DNA from: an uncultured Gammaproteobacteria bacterium
GTDB taxonomy: Bacteria; Patescibacteriota; Patescibacteriia; Patescibacteriales; UBA12465
DNA length: 64,000 nt
Direction of reading: 5' to 3'
Assembly (NCBI GenBank): GCA_964500975.1
Contig: CAZCQW010000004.1
Coordinates: 9,816-73,815 of the forward strand
Part shown: positions 29,944 through 40,687 of the stretch, piece by piece
Layout of the letters: every line of letters starts with the position of its first letter
Position numbering within the stretch: position 1 is the first letter of the stretch
Made by a program: the position numbers and the translations under genes
Notes under the pieces: generated by a model
What the model was told of the DNA's origin: nothing
Database searches by the model: none
The model's input: only the letters and a program-made list of their open reading frames with translations

Positions 29944-32900
29944 ATGAATAAATTACGCAAGTTTTTAGTTATCGGCGTAATGGTACTTACAGTTTTCTCA
30001 GTTTTTGGTTCTATTGCTCCAGCAGGCGCTTCTGCATCTGCAGGTGATTTAATCAAAATGGCTGGTAATTCTTCTGTATATTACCTAGGTTCCGATGGCA
30101 AAAGATATGTATTCCCAAATGCTACTGTTTACATGTCTTGGTACAACGACTTCAGTGGCGTTGTAACAATCCCTGACTCAGAAATGTATACTTACCAATT
30201 AGGTGGTAACGTTGTTATGAGAGCAGGTACACAATTAGTTAAAATCACAACTGATCCTTCAGTTTACGCTGTTGAACCAAATGGCGTTTTAAGAAAGATC
30301 CAAAGTGAAGCACAAGCTGCAGCTTTATACGGCACCAACTGGAACAAGAGAGTTGTTGACGTAGCTGATTCTTACTTCACTAACTACACTATCGGCACTG
30401 CTTTGGCTAATGGTGCTACTCCAGCTGGTTCTTTAGTACAAAAGACTGGTGAAGCTGCTATCTATTACTATGATGGCACTAACTACCGTTCTATTGCTTC
30501 AGAAGCTGCTTTCAACGCAAACAGATTCAAATTCGCTAATGTATTATCAACAACAGCTACTTTAGCTGCTGGCGGTACTGCAATTGCTAATGCTGAATTA
30601 GTTAACGTTGCACAAAGTGGTGCTACAACTGGTGTTGTAGTAACTGGTTCTGGCTTAATGGTTTCATTAAGTGCTAATACTGCTGTTTCTAACTCTGTTA
30701 TTAACGGCCAAGCTTTAGCTGACTTAGCTTCTTTCAACTTCACAGCCGCTAATGATGGCGCTGTAACTGTTAAGGCTTTAAAGTTAAAGAGAATTGGTAT
30801 TTCTGCTGATGACTCAGTATCTAACGTTTATCTTTATGATGGCGTAACTAGATTAACTGACGGCGCTTCTTTCTCTAACGGTATGGTTTCTTTCTCAAGT
30901 GGTACTGGTCTTATGACTATTGCTGCTGGTCAAACAAAAACTATTACTGTTAAAGCTGACATCGCTTCAGCAACTGGTAATATTGGTGTAGCTATCAATG
31001 CTGCTTCTGATATTATGTCTACTGGCGCTGCTACAACAGGCGGTTTCCCATTAAATGGAAACTTAATGTCAATGACTAGTGCTACTGGCGTTTCAGCTGT
31101 TGCTTTCACTGATACTCTATCAGGTTCAACAGTTAAAGCTGGAAACATGAATACAATCGTTTGGTCTGAATCAGCTTCTGTTACAAACAAAGCTGTTGAC
31201 TTCAAATATATTGCTTTCAAACAAGTTGGTTCAATGAACGTTGATGACTTAGCAAACCTAAGTTTATATGTTGATGGTACTAAAGTTGCTACTTCTAACT
31301 TAGACAGTAACAACAGTGTTGCTTTCAGTTTAGCTACTCCAGTTAGATTGAATACAGGTAACCACACTATTGAAATGAAAGCTGATATCATTAAAGGTTC
31401 AAGCAGAACTTTTAGCTTCCGCATGGAAACTGCAGCTAATGCTGTTTTCACTGATACTAACTACAACATTAATGTAGCTCCTACTGGTGATTTCGCAGCT
31501 ATTAATGATTTCACAATTGGCGTTGGAACTTTAAGCGTTTCTTCTGATTCTACTTTCAGTGACACTCAAGTAGTAAAAACTGCTACTAACGTTACTTTAG
31601 GTAAATTTAAGATCAAAGCTTTTGGTGAAGATGTTAAGATCAATACTTTTGGCGTTGACGTTGTAACAGTTGGTACTTCTTCTGCTACTTCAACTGAAAA
31701 AGTTAACGATTTAGCTGTTGTTGTAAACGGCAGTCAAGTTGGTTCTTCTAAGTCTTTCACTATTGCTTCAAGCTCTCCAGCTGGTTCAAACAAGTCTAAT
31801 ACTCAATCTTTTGGTACTACTAACTTGTTTACTATTCCTGCTGGTACTGAAGTTATTGTTGAAATTAAGGGTTCTTTAGCTCTTGATTCCAATACAGTAA
31901 TGCAAAGCATTAAGGCTAACATCACTGGTATTACAGCACAAGGCTCAACATCATACTCTTCTGTAACTGGTGCTGCTGCAGCTTCTAACAATACTCTATC
32001 TATCGTTTCTGGTAGCATGACTGTTGCTAAGAATACCAACACACAAAACATGAATGTTTCCAAGAATTCCCAAAAGGTAAAGATTGGTTCATACATTGTT
32101 TCTGCTGGTTCAGCTGAAGGTGTAAATATCTCTAATGTTAGAATCAATGTTACTACTTCTGGTAGCCTTGATAACATCAGTAACCTATACATCAGCGAAA
32201 ATACATCACCAGTTAACCCTCAAGCTAATAACGACTTCAATACAAATTTGACAGTTGATAAGAGCCAGAGCAAGACCATTGATGTTTACGCTGACTTAGG
32301 CGACATTGCAAACAATGTTACTATTGATACTGCTTTAATTGCTACTTACAAGACTACTGTTACTCAAAGTTTTGGCACTTCAGCTTCAACTGCGGGTCAA
32401 CAAATGACTTTAAAGACAGCAACTTTAGCAACTCCAACTAATGTTTCTGATAGCCCAACATCTAATTTCGTATTAGGTGGTACTACCGCTACTGCAGCTA
32501 AATTAAAATTTGTTGCAACTGACGGTGCTGCTACTATTAACGAATTATATTTCACAGTAAACGCAACTAATACTCCTATTAGCCAAATTACTGTTGACGG
32601 TGTTACAGCTCCTGTTGTAGGAACTTCTGTTACTATGACTGGATTAAACACTGTTATCGCTGCTGGTTTACAGGGCGTTCAAGTTGAAGTAAAAGCTGCA
32701 TACAATAATGTTACTTCCGATGGTCAAGGTGGTGTTTCCACTGGCGCTTTATCGCACCTAACATTAACAGGTATGAAATATACTATTAATGGTACTCAAA
32801 CCACTTCTGGTACATTAGCTGTTACAACAAATGACATGAAGTTAGTATCTGCTTACCCAACAGTAGTTGACGCTTCTTCATATGGTACAAATCCAAACTT

Positions 32901-33315
32901 AGTACCAAGCGGTAAATCTGAAGTAATGAGATTCACTGTTGCCAACACTGGCAGCAACCCAGTTAACTTGAAACAAGTTAGCTTGAAACCTTACTTTGAT
33001 TACACTATTCCTGCTGCTACTAGTTCAATTAAGATTTACGATGCTAATGACTTAGCAACTAACTTAGCTACATCTACTGCTGTATTTACAACAAGTGGTG
33101 TTACTGCTAACGTTGCATTTGCTAATGACATTACTGTAAATGGAACACGTACTTTCGTTGTCTATGCTGACAATACAGGTACTGCTTCTACAACTGGTAA
33201 CTACTTCCGTATGGATATGGTTAATACTGGTTATTCTTGGAACGATTCTACAATCACAGGTTCTATCGATGGAACTTATGTTAAAGAATTCCAAGGTACA
33301 ACATTTAAGAAATAA
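29944..33315 (+). CDS. Large secreted S-layer-like / major surface protein
   Basis: Signal peptide, AGDLIK...VYYL.SDGKRYVFPN N-terminal repeats, Thr/Ser/Ala/Val-rich beta domains, strong high-expression codon bias (GCT, ACT, AAC, TTC). Confidence 0.75.
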   Translation: MNKLRKFLVIGVMVLTVFSVFGSIAPAGASASAGDLIKMAGNSSVYYLGSDGKRYVFPNATVYMSWYNDFSGVVTIPDSEMYTYQLGGNVVMRAGTQLVKITTDPSVYAVEPNGVLRKIQSEAQAAALYGTNWNKRVVDVADSYFTNYTIGTALANGATPAGSLVQKTGEAAIYYYDGTNYRSIASEAAFNANRFKFANVLSTTATLAAGGTAIANAELVNVAQSGATTGVVVTGSGLMVSLSANTAVSNSVINGQALADLASFNFTAANDGAVTVKALKLKRIGISADDSVSNVYLYDGVTRLTDGASFSNGMVSFSSGTGLMTIAAGQTKTITVKADIASATGNIGVAINAASDIMSTGAATTGGFPLNGNLMSMTSATGVSAVAFTDTLSGSTVKAGNMNTIVWSESASVTNKAVDFKYIAFKQVGSMNVDDLANLSLYVDGTKVATSNLDSNNSVAFSLATPVRLNTGNHTIEMKADIIKGSSRTFSFRMETAANAVFTDTNYNINVAPTGDFAAINDFTIGVGTLSVSSDSTFSDTQVVKTATNVTLGKFKIKAFGEDVKINTFGVDVVTVGTSSATSTEKVNDLAVVVNGSQVGSSKSFTIASSSPAGSNKSNTQSFGTTNLFTIPAGTEVIVEIKGSLALDSNTVMQSIKANITGITAQGSTSYSSVTGAAAASNNTLSIVSGSMTVAKNTNTQNMNVSKNSQKVKIGSYIVSAGSAEGVNISNVRINVTTSGSLDNISNLYISENTSPVNPQANNDFNTNLTVDKSQSKTIDVYADLGDIANNVTIDTALIATYKTTVTQSFGTSASTAGQQMTLKTATLATPTNVSDSPTSNFVLGGTTATAAKLKFVATDGAATINELYFTVNATNTPISQITVDGVTAPVVGTSVTMTGLNTVIAAGLQGVQVEVKAAYNNVTSDGQGGVSTGALSHLTLTGMKYTINGTQTTSGTLAVTTNDMKLVSAYPTVVDASSYGTNPNLVPSGKSEVMRFTVANTGSNPVNLKQVSLKPYFDYTIPAATSSIKIYDANDLATNLATSTAVFTTSGVTANVAFANDITVNGTRTFVVYADNTGTASTTGNYFRMDMVNTGYSWNDSTITGSIDGTYVKEFQGTTFKK

Positions 33316-33334
33316 TATTTCTTAAATAAGTATT

Positions 33335-33365
33335 CAAAAAAGAGCCCCTTCGGGGGCTCTTTTTG
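33335..33365 (+). terminator. Strong terminator with cUUCGg loop
   Basis: caaaaaagagcccc-ttcg-ggggctcttttttg. Confidence 0.92.
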
Positions 33366-33457
33366 TTTGGCAAAAACTCTGCTTTATCTTTTCTTCATAA
33401 TCACTTTGCCAGACTTCTTGTTAGCAGATAATAGCGGTGATATAATTATATAAATAT

Positions 33458-34225
33458 ATGAATAACAACATTTTTGAAGAAATAAAAAAGATCAATGATT
33501 ACGGCAGTGAATACTGGTCAGCCCGTGATTTATACAAGGTTTTAGACTAAAAAGCTAAAGAGGCTTGTAAGAATAGTCAGCAAGATATCCACAACCATTT
33601 TGTTGAAGTCAACGATATGGTTGTAATAGGTTCTGGGGCAGAAAGACTCGTTGATACAGTGCATCTATCTAGATATGCTTGCTATTTGATTATTCAGAAT
33701 TCTGATCCAAGTAAAGAAGTCATTGCTATGGGGCAGACTTACTTTGCAATACAAACCAGAAGACAAGAAGAGGCCGATAGTTTGATAGAAGATCAAAAAC
33801 GTTCTACTTTAAGAGGTGAAATTAAAAAACATAATTCATCTTTAGCTGAAGCGGCTGAGGATGTTGGTGTCAAAAATTATGGAAAATTTCAAAATTATGG
33901 TTACCAGGGTTTGTATGGCGGGCTAGATGCTTCCGGAATACATAAAATAAAAAATTTAAAAAAATCTCAAAAAATACTTGACCACATGGGAAGTGAGGAG
34001 CTAGCGGCTAATTTATTTAGAGCTACTCAAACAGATGCTAAATTAAGAAGAGAAAACATTCAAGGTGAAATGATTGCAAACTTAACTCACTTCAGTGTTG
34101 GTCAAAAAGTCAGAAAAACGATTGAAGAGCTTGGCGGAACAATGCCTGAAAATTTACCAGTGGTTGATAGTATCGGAAAAGTTAAGACAAGGATTAAAAG
34201 GAGTAAAAATAAATTATTGAAGTAG
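33458..34225 (+). pseudogene. dinD: DNA damage-inducible protein D (BRO-like N-terminus) with in-frame TAA at 33548
   Basis: MNNNIFEEIKK..EYWSARDLYKVLD*KAKEACKNS...LSRYACYLIIQN.DP.K..IA.GQTYFAIQTRRQE...ILDHMGSEELAANLFRATQ. Confidence 0.8.
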
Positions 34226-34290
34226 ATAGTAATCTTTTTTTCATGATGCAAATATGCTATAATATTTTTATATCAATTTAAAATAATAAT

Positions 34291-36447
34291 ATGAAAAAAA
34301 TTGTAGCTTTTTTATTGGTCTGTGGAGTATTTTTTTCTTTACAGATTAACCTGGCTAACGCAGCCACGCCAAGTCTTTCTTTATCAAATACCGGAGAAGG
34401 GGATAATGTTCAACTCACTGTTTCAGGGGATGCTAACTCAAGCGTTATTCTTAGTTTTCAGAAAACAGACGGAACCTCACGTCTTCAATATCTAAGTAAT
34501 ACTAATGCGAGTGGTTATTATTCTGGTACAATTAGTACTTCTGAATATGGGATAACTCCTGGTTCATCTGTTCTTGTTAAAGTTAATAATATTCAATCAT
34601 CTACAGTTGCTTGGCCTTATACCGTTACGTCAGGTAGTGGTGCAATTACGCTTAGTAATACCGGCCTAATAATGACGGTTGGCTCAAGCAATACAATCAC
34701 TGTTAATAATACTGGCTCAAATAAATTATACCTTTTAAATAATTCCAATCCTCAGGTTGCTAATGTAAATCTAAGTAATTCTCAGGCAACTATTTATGCC
34801 AATACTTTTGGTCAAACAGTTGCAACTATTTGTGTTTTAGGAACAACTTCTAATTGTGCTTCCGCTTATATAACAGTTCAAAATTCTGGAGCTAAGGCAT
34901 TAACTCTTAGTCAAAGTAATTTAACTATTGCTTATAACCAAAGTTCCCAGATTACTATTTTAAACAGTACTGGCTTATATTCCGTCTTAAACAATTCAAA
35001 TCCAAATGTAATTACTGCCAGTATAAAAGATCAAACAATAACTTTAGTAGCGAGCAGTAACGGCGGGTCTGCTTCTATTACAGTTTGTTCAACTGATATG
35101 AGTACTTGCGGAATTATCAATGCCAGCGTTGGCTCAGTTAGCTCAACGGCCATAACTTTCAATCAAACCGCTCCAACTTTAGGCGTTGGTCAAACTTTAA
35201 ATATCGCAATCGCGGGTGGAAGTAATTATAATATTTCTTCAAATTCAAATTCAAATATTGTTAATGCTTATATTGCAAATAATGCTCTAACTTTAGTTGG
35301 TAGCAGTGTTGGTTCTTCTGTGGTAACGGTTTGTGCGTCTAATGGAAACTGTAATTCATTGACGGCGGTTGTCAGTTATACTTCCACTGGCGGACCAATT
35401 ACTCTTAGTCAATCAAATCTTTGGCTTCAGGTTGGTCAAGCGGTTAGTGTAGTAATTTCTGGTGGTAGTGCTCCTTATAGTTTTATTAACGACGCTAATT
35501 CAGCTTCATATTTTTCAACATCATTAAACACAAATATTTTAACTTTAACGGGCGCTAAAGCGGGTTCCGCATCTTTAAGTGTTTGCTCAGCGGGCGGCGC
35601 TTGCACTCAACTATCCGTGCTTGTAAATGGCGTTAGCGCTAATACTCAGTTAACTTTTGGTAGTAATAATTTAAGTTTGAAAATTGGGGCGACTTCCGAC
35701 GTTTCTTTGTACGGAACTGGTAGCTATTATATTTCCAGTACTAATAATCAAAATGTGGCTACTTTTGCGGTTAATGGCTCTAAAGTTACCGTAAACGCAA
35801 TTAGCGCTGGTAATGCCAATGTTTCTATTTGTCAAAGTGGTGGTCAGTGTGGAATTATTTATGTAGCCGTTACTTCAAGTGATGTTAACAATCCAATTTT
35901 TTTTAGCAGCACTAATCCGTCAATTTTAGTCGGTCAAACTTTATCAATCGCGATTAATGGCGGAACGGGAAGTGCTTATTATATTTCTTCAAATTCAAAC
36001 CCTTCAATCGCTCAAGTTAATTTAAGCGATAGAAATTTGGTTTTACTTGGAAAAGTTTCCGGCTCTTCAGTGGTCACTGTTTGCTCAGCTACTAATAGTT
36101 GTTCTTCTTTGGCGGTGACTGTGAATGCGCCCGTAGTTTCAACTCCAGCAACCGGATTAACCGTAACTCCAACTACGCCAGTGGTAATAACGCCGACAAC
36201 TAATATAATTACCCCGACCACAGCCAAGCCTAAATATAAATTTACTAAGTATCTTTCCATGGGCGCACTTGGGGCGGAAGTAAGCGCTCTACAAACACGT
36301 CTCCTTTATGAAAAGGTATATACTGGTCCAGTAACTGGTAAATTCGGTGCTCAGACTTACGCCGCAGTTAAGGCTTATCAGAAAAAGAATAAAATCACTC
36401 AATTAGGAGTAGTTGGCCCAGCGACTAGAGCTTTGTTAAATAAATAG
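34291..36447 (+). CDS. Secreted protein with tandem Ig-like repeats and C-terminal peptidoglycan-binding domain
   Basis: Signal peptide, ~6 repeats each ending V/IC-x4-6-C, Pro/Thr linker, EVSALQ..L...GKFG.QT.AAVKAYQ...G.VGPATRA.LN. Confidence 0.8.
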   Translation: MKKIVAFLLVCGVFFSLQINLANAATPSLSLSNTGEGDNVQLTVSGDANSSVILSFQKTDGTSRLQYLSNTNASGYYSGTISTSEYGITPGSSVLVKVNNIQSSTVAWPYTVTSGSGAITLSNTGLIMTVGSSNTITVNNTGSNKLYLLNNSNPQVANVNLSNSQATIYANTFGQTVATICVLGTTSNCASAYITVQNSGAKALTLSQSNLTIAYNQSSQITILNSTGLYSVLNNSNPNVITASIKDQTITLVASSNGGSASITVCSTDMSTCGIINASVGSVSSTAITFNQTAPTLGVGQTLNIAIAGGSNYNISSNSNSNIVNAYIANNALTLVGSSVGSSVVTVCASNGNCNSLTAVVSYTSTGGPITLSQSNLWLQVGQAVSVVISGGSAPYSFINDANSASYFSTSLNTNILTLTGAKAGSASLSVCSAGGACTQLSVLVNGVSANTQLTFGSNNLSLKIGATSDVSLYGTGSYYISSTNNQNVATFAVNGSKVTVNAISAGNANVSICQSGGQCGIIYVAVTSSDVNNPIFFSSTNPSILVGQTLSIAINGGTGSAYYISSNSNPSIAQVNLSDRNLVLLGKVSGSSVVTVCSATNSCSSLAVTVNAPVVSTPATGLTVTPTTPVVITPTTNIITPTTAKPKYKFTKYLSMGALGAEVSALQTRLLYEKVYTGPVTGKFGAQTYAAVKAYQKKNKITQLGVVGPATRALLNK

Positions 36448-36661
36448 CTACTTTATACTAAATTTAGAGAAAGAGCTTGTAAAATAGCTCTTTTTTATTT
36501 AATTTTAGTAAATTGAATCGTAACTAAATTGGTGTTATACTATTTTTTATCCTCCTTAAATCACTTTTTAACACGATCTCAAGTAAGGAACCGGAGGCAA
36601 TTATTAATTAATTGCCGAAGCTATTTAATACTAAGGGGTTTAAATAGCGGGCCACAAAAGT

Positions 36662-37171
36662 ATGCAAACTTTAGCACCAGTAATGCTAAGCGCAGAGCAG
36701 TTTAGTCAGTTAGCAACTAAGGATTACATCAAGGATTATCTTGATGAAAGATTAAGTAATTTTGCCACGAAAGACTATCTTGATGAAAGATTAAGTAACT
36801 TCGCGACGAAAGACTATCTTGATGAAAGATTAAGTAACTTCGCGACGAAAGATGATCTTAAAAACTTCGCGACGAAAGATGATCTTAAAAACTTCGCGAC
36901 GAAAGATGATTTCAAGAGTCTTAGTAGGGATATTGATATCGTTAAAAAAGATGTTCGTAATATGAAGGTAGATGTAAGCGGTTTAAAAACAAGCACAAGC
37001 AAGCTAGAGCTTTTAATTGATAAATTATCTTATGATATGGATATGAGATTCCATGACCTGGATTATAAACTTGATACAACCTTTGATCATTTAGAAGGAT
37101 TAATCACAGAAAAGACCGAAGAACACGAATTAAGAATTAAAAAACTTGAAGCAGTTGTTTCTGTAAAATAA
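36662..37171 (+). CDS. Coiled-coil protein with FATKD repeats (Bdr/DUF16-like)
   Basis: (DYLDERLSNFATK)x3 + (DDLKNFATK)x2, C-terminal HELRIKKLE. Confidence 0.75.
   Translation: MQTLAPVMLSAEQFSQLATKDYIKDYLDERLSNFATKDYLDERLSNFATKDYLDERLSNFATKDDLKNFATKDDLKNFATKDDFKSLSRDIDIVKKDVRNMKVDVSGLKTSTSKLELLIDKLSYDMDMRFHDLDYKLDTTFDHLEGLITEKTEEHELRIKKLEAVVSVK
36734..36910 (+). repeat. Intragenic tandem repeats, 3 x 39 bp + 2 x 27 bp
   Basis: gactatcttgatgaaagattaagtaacttcgcgacgaaa; gatgatcttaaaaacttcgcgacgaaa. Confidence 0.9.
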
Positions 37172-37258
37172 AAACTCTAAACCCTAATAGCCGTCGACAT
37201 GCAGTCGGCGTCTATGTTATAATAAAAAAGTTATATATATTGCTAAATAATCAAAATT

Positions 37259-39514
37259 ATGTCACCAAAAACTTACTTACGTATTCTTCGTGGCGGTATT
37301 ATTGCCTCCTTATTTATTATTCTTTGCGTTTTTAAAGACCTCCTTTTTCCATTTATTACCTCTAAACAATTACTATTTAATATTGTGATGGAGTTTTTGT
37401 TAGCTATTTGGCTTGTTTTTATTTTACGCTATCCAGAATACAGACCAAAAAAGAATTTCATTTCCTATGGTCTTATTTTTTATTTTTTAGCAATTTTAGC
37501 ATCGTGTTTTGTTAGTGTTGATTTTAATTTGAGTTTTTGGGGTGATGCTGAAAGAATGCTAGGTTTTTTTCATTTAGCTCATTTCTTAGTCTTATATTTT
37601 ATTTCAATTACCGTTTTTCGTAACTGGAATGATTGGCGTTTATTTTTTCAGGCTTCAATTTTTGTTGCTACTATTATTAGCTTGATTGGTTTATTTGGCG
37701 CTGAATCATATAGTACGATAGGTAACACCGCTTATGTTAGTGGGTATTTAATTTTTAGTATTTATTTTACAATTCTGCTTTTCTTCCGTTCTTCTAGTAA
37801 GCTTTGGCGTTATTTGTATATCCTGCCTTTAATTCCGATGATTTTTGAATTTAAAAACATGCACACATCAGGAGCAATTATTGGCTTAACTTTAAGTCTA
37901 CTTTTGATGATTCTGCTTCTTGGTTTTTCTCATGTTAACAAAAAAATTAGACGTGGTTCGTTAATTTTATTTATCGTTGCTGTGATTGCAATAGTTGGCA
38001 TTTTTTCTCAAAGTCAGGCGGTTTGGTTCCAGAACAGTTTCTTGAAAAATTTAACTTCTCAAAAAGCAACTTTTCAAACCCGTCTAATTTCTTGGCAGGC
38101 AGCTTTCTCCGACTTTAATAATCACCCCATTTTTGGTAACGGATTTGGAAATTATGCTAATACTTTTGACAAGTATTTTGATTCAAAATTTTATGATTAT
38201 TCAACTAGTGATACATATTTTGATAGGGCTCATAATAATTTAATAGAAATTTTATCTACTACTGGCTTAGTTGGTCTTGTGACATATTTGAGCATTTTCT
38301 TAGCTGCCTTATATTACCTCTGGCAAGAATTTAAGCTTAACGGGAAGAGAAGTGGTGGTGATGCCAATGGATTAAATAATATTGAAATTATTATTATTGT
38401 TTCACTGTTAAGTGCTTATTTTATTCAAAATTTAGCCATCTTTGACTCTTTCTCAACCTTCTTGGGATTGATGACGATTTTAGCCTTTGTTTATTGGTTA
38501 GATTTCCGTCGTAACCATAGTGCTCTTGAGGAAAGTAATTCGCGTTTAGTGATTAAAAGTGAAGGCGGTGAATTAGCTGCTCTTATCGGATTCGTTTTAA
38601 TCGCATATATATTTACAAATCAATTCAATATTAAACCTTGGAAAATGTTTATAGCAACTATTGATGGCTATTCAAGCATTGCTTCAGGAAATTTAGTAAC
38701 TGGGGTTAATTATTATAAAGATAATTTAGTTGGCGCGCCCCTTGAAAGAGACTCGCGAACAACGTTAATGAATCTAGTTATTACTAATCCAGCCTTGTTT
38801 AGTAATTTAAATGCCGAAAAAGCGCAGGAGATTCTTGATTATGTAGTAAGCCTGGCGAAAATTAATGTTGCTTACAATCCTTATGATAGTATGATGCAGA
38901 TGCAACTAGCTCAAATTCTTGATACAGCTGCTCGCTTTAATTATCGCAACATTGAGAGATTTAATTTTTACTCAAGTCAGGCTATGCAAGCAATTGAATT
39001 TTCGATAGAATCTAGTCCGAAAAGGGCGACAATTTATTTTACTAAAGCTCAACTTCAGCTAATGAGAATGGAAAATGATGAGGCAGTCGCAACCATGAAG
39101 CAGGGCATAGTCTTAAATACTAATTACTATGAAGGGTATTGTCGTCTGTCTCAAATGTATTTTATTCTAGATGATAAAAAGTATGAAAGTGAGAAGAAGT
39201 TTGCCTTGGACAACTGTTTTGATAAAGGGGGATTAAGCTCTGTTAGCTCAAGTAATTTATTAAAGCTAGCTGTTAACTTCTATTCTGATGTGAAGGATTT
39301 TAATAAGGCAGCACAGGTTTCAGAGCGTATAGCTAACTTGTCCGACAATGATCCTGAGGCTTGGTACAATTTAGCCCAGTTATACTTAATTATTGGCAAT
39401 GATGTAAAGTCGGAAGAGGCTTTTCAAAAAGCAGTTGCCCTCGATCCTAATTTGATAAAGGGATGGCAGGCTTTCAAAGAGGCTATTCAGTTGAACAGAA
39501 AAGTCGTCAAATAA
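37259..39514 (+). CDS. O-antigen-ligase (Wzy_C) family membrane protein with C-terminal TPR
   Basis: Multi-TM, STIGN, R...W.AA...F..HPIFG.G, FDRAHN, AWYNLA..Y...G...FQKAV.LDP. Confidence 0.85.
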   Translation: MSPKTYLRILRGGIIASLFIILCVFKDLLFPFITSKQLLFNIVMEFLLAIWLVFILRYPEYRPKKNFISYGLIFYFLAILASCFVSVDFNLSFWGDAERMLGFFHLAHFLVLYFISITVFRNWNDWRLFFQASIFVATIISLIGLFGAESYSTIGNTAYVSGYLIFSIYFTILLFFRSSSKLWRYLYILPLIPMIFEFKNMHTSGAIIGLTLSLLLMILLLGFSHVNKKIRRGSLILFIVAVIAIVGIFSQSQAVWFQNSFLKNLTSQKATFQTRLISWQAAFSDFNNHPIFGNGFGNYANTFDKYFDSKFYDYSTSDTYFDRAHNNLIEILSTTGLVGLVTYLSIFLAALYYLWQEFKLNGKRSGGDANGLNNIEIIIIVSLLSAYFIQNLAIFDSFSTFLGLMTILAFVYWLDFRRNHSALEESNSRLVIKSEGGELAALIGFVLIAYIFTNQFNIKPWKMFIATIDGYSSIASGNLVTGVNYYKDNLVGAPLERDSRTTLMNLVITNPALFSNLNAEKAQEILDYVVSLAKINVAYNPYDSMMQMQLAQILDTAARFNYRNIERFNFYSSQAMQAIEFSIESSPKRATIYFTKAQLQLMRMENDEAVATMKQGIVLNTNYYEGYCRLSQMYFILDDKKYESEKKFALDNCFDKGGLSSVSSSNLLKLAVNFYSDVKDFNKAAQVSERIANLSDNDPEAWYNLAQLYLIIGNDVKSEEAFQKAVALDPNLIKGWQAFKEAIQLNRKVVK

Positions 39515-39707
39515 ATAGTTAAAAAAATAATAAAGATAATTATTAAAAAATCAGACCACGCGGTCTGATTTTTTATTTGTTAAAAGAGATTGAGTTTAAT
39601 TGGCAAATTTTAGTTTTATGAACCAGATACATTTTATAACTATTTTTAATTTCTATCATCAGTCTTTTGCTATTCTAAAATGACTAATAATTAAGATATA
39701 AATATTT

Positions 39708-40682
39708 ATGAAGATTATTAAAAAGCTTTTAGCTGGTCTTGTAAAATCCGTAAAAACTTTATTTGCGAGTAATAAATATATTCGGAGTAAGGCGGGTAAA
39801 TTAATTATATTTTCATGTTTTATGGTCCTGATTTGGCTTGGATATATTGCATTTTCTATGTTTAGTCTTAGTCCTTCTCAAATCGCCCTAGCTGAACTTG
39901 AGAAATCATATACAACAGAAAAAATATGTCATGAAGAATGCTATCTTTGGCGTCAAGGTAAGGAGTCGTTAATAGTTAGTAATTTAATTAATAAAAGATC
40001 AGACACAGAAAAAGAACTATATAAATACTGGATTTCAGAAAACACCGATTTAGATTTCAAGAAAGAAGTGGTCCGTTTAAATTTTTTAGCATATGGGAAA
40101 GGGGGTGTCCCTGAATATTTAAAAAGATATATCAATGACGAGAACTATGAGTCTAGCCTCGCCACGTTAATTATTTCATTATTTGACTTAGATCTTAGTG
40201 ATTTAACATCATTAGATTTTGCGCTCAATAATAAATTTAGTCTAGCGACTTCTAGCGCCGAAAAAATTGAAACACTAAAAGTGAAGGCGAGTTTAGGAAA
40301 TGACCTTGAAATTGATACGTATTTCTCGTTATTAAACACTAGTGGAGAAAATGACGTTAAAAGGGAGTTAATTAAAAATATTAGTTCAATTAGAGAGAAA
40401 AATAATTTTTATACTTTAAGTCAGCTAGAAATAATAAAAAGTATTATTCTTAACCCAGAAACAGATATTCGCGTACGCCAAGACTTAGTTTTATTAATTG
40501 GTGATTATTATTTAATCTATCCTGAAGAAAGCGCGACACTCTGGTTTGAAATATATAATAACGAAGCCCTTGATAATATTAGTCGATTATTTAGTGCGGA
40601 CAGTTTAAATCATTTAAAAAAATTAAATTTAAGCCTGCCTGAAGTTAGTGAGATAGATTGGGAAGCTTACTATAATCAATAA
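39708..40682 (+). CDS. Hypothetical membrane-anchored helical protein
   Basis: One TM, CHEEC motif, helical-repeat-like body; 5 nt from next gene. Confidence 0.7.
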   Translation: MKIIKKLLAGLVKSVKTLFASNKYIRSKAGKLIIFSCFMVLIWLGYIAFSMFSLSPSQIALAELEKSYTTEKICHEECYLWRQGKESLIVSNLINKRSDTEKELYKYWISENTDLDFKKEVVRLNFLAYGKGGVPEYLKRYINDENYESSLATLIISLFDLDLSDLTSLDFALNNKFSLATSSAEKIETLKVKASLGNDLEIDTYFSLLNTSGENDVKRELIKNISSIREKNNFYTLSQLEIIKSIILNPETDIRVRQDLVLLIGDYYLIYPEESATLWFEIYNNEALDNISRLFSADSLNHLKKLNLSLPEVSEIDWEAYYNQ

Positions 40683-40687
40683 AATTT

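Noticed and set aside
30483-33294. Several antisense ORFs inside the S-layer-like gene
   Set aside because: Shadow ORFs produced by strong codon bias on the + strand
36734-36910. Tandem repeats as CRISPR
   Set aside because: Head-to-tail, no spacers, in-frame within a coding sequence
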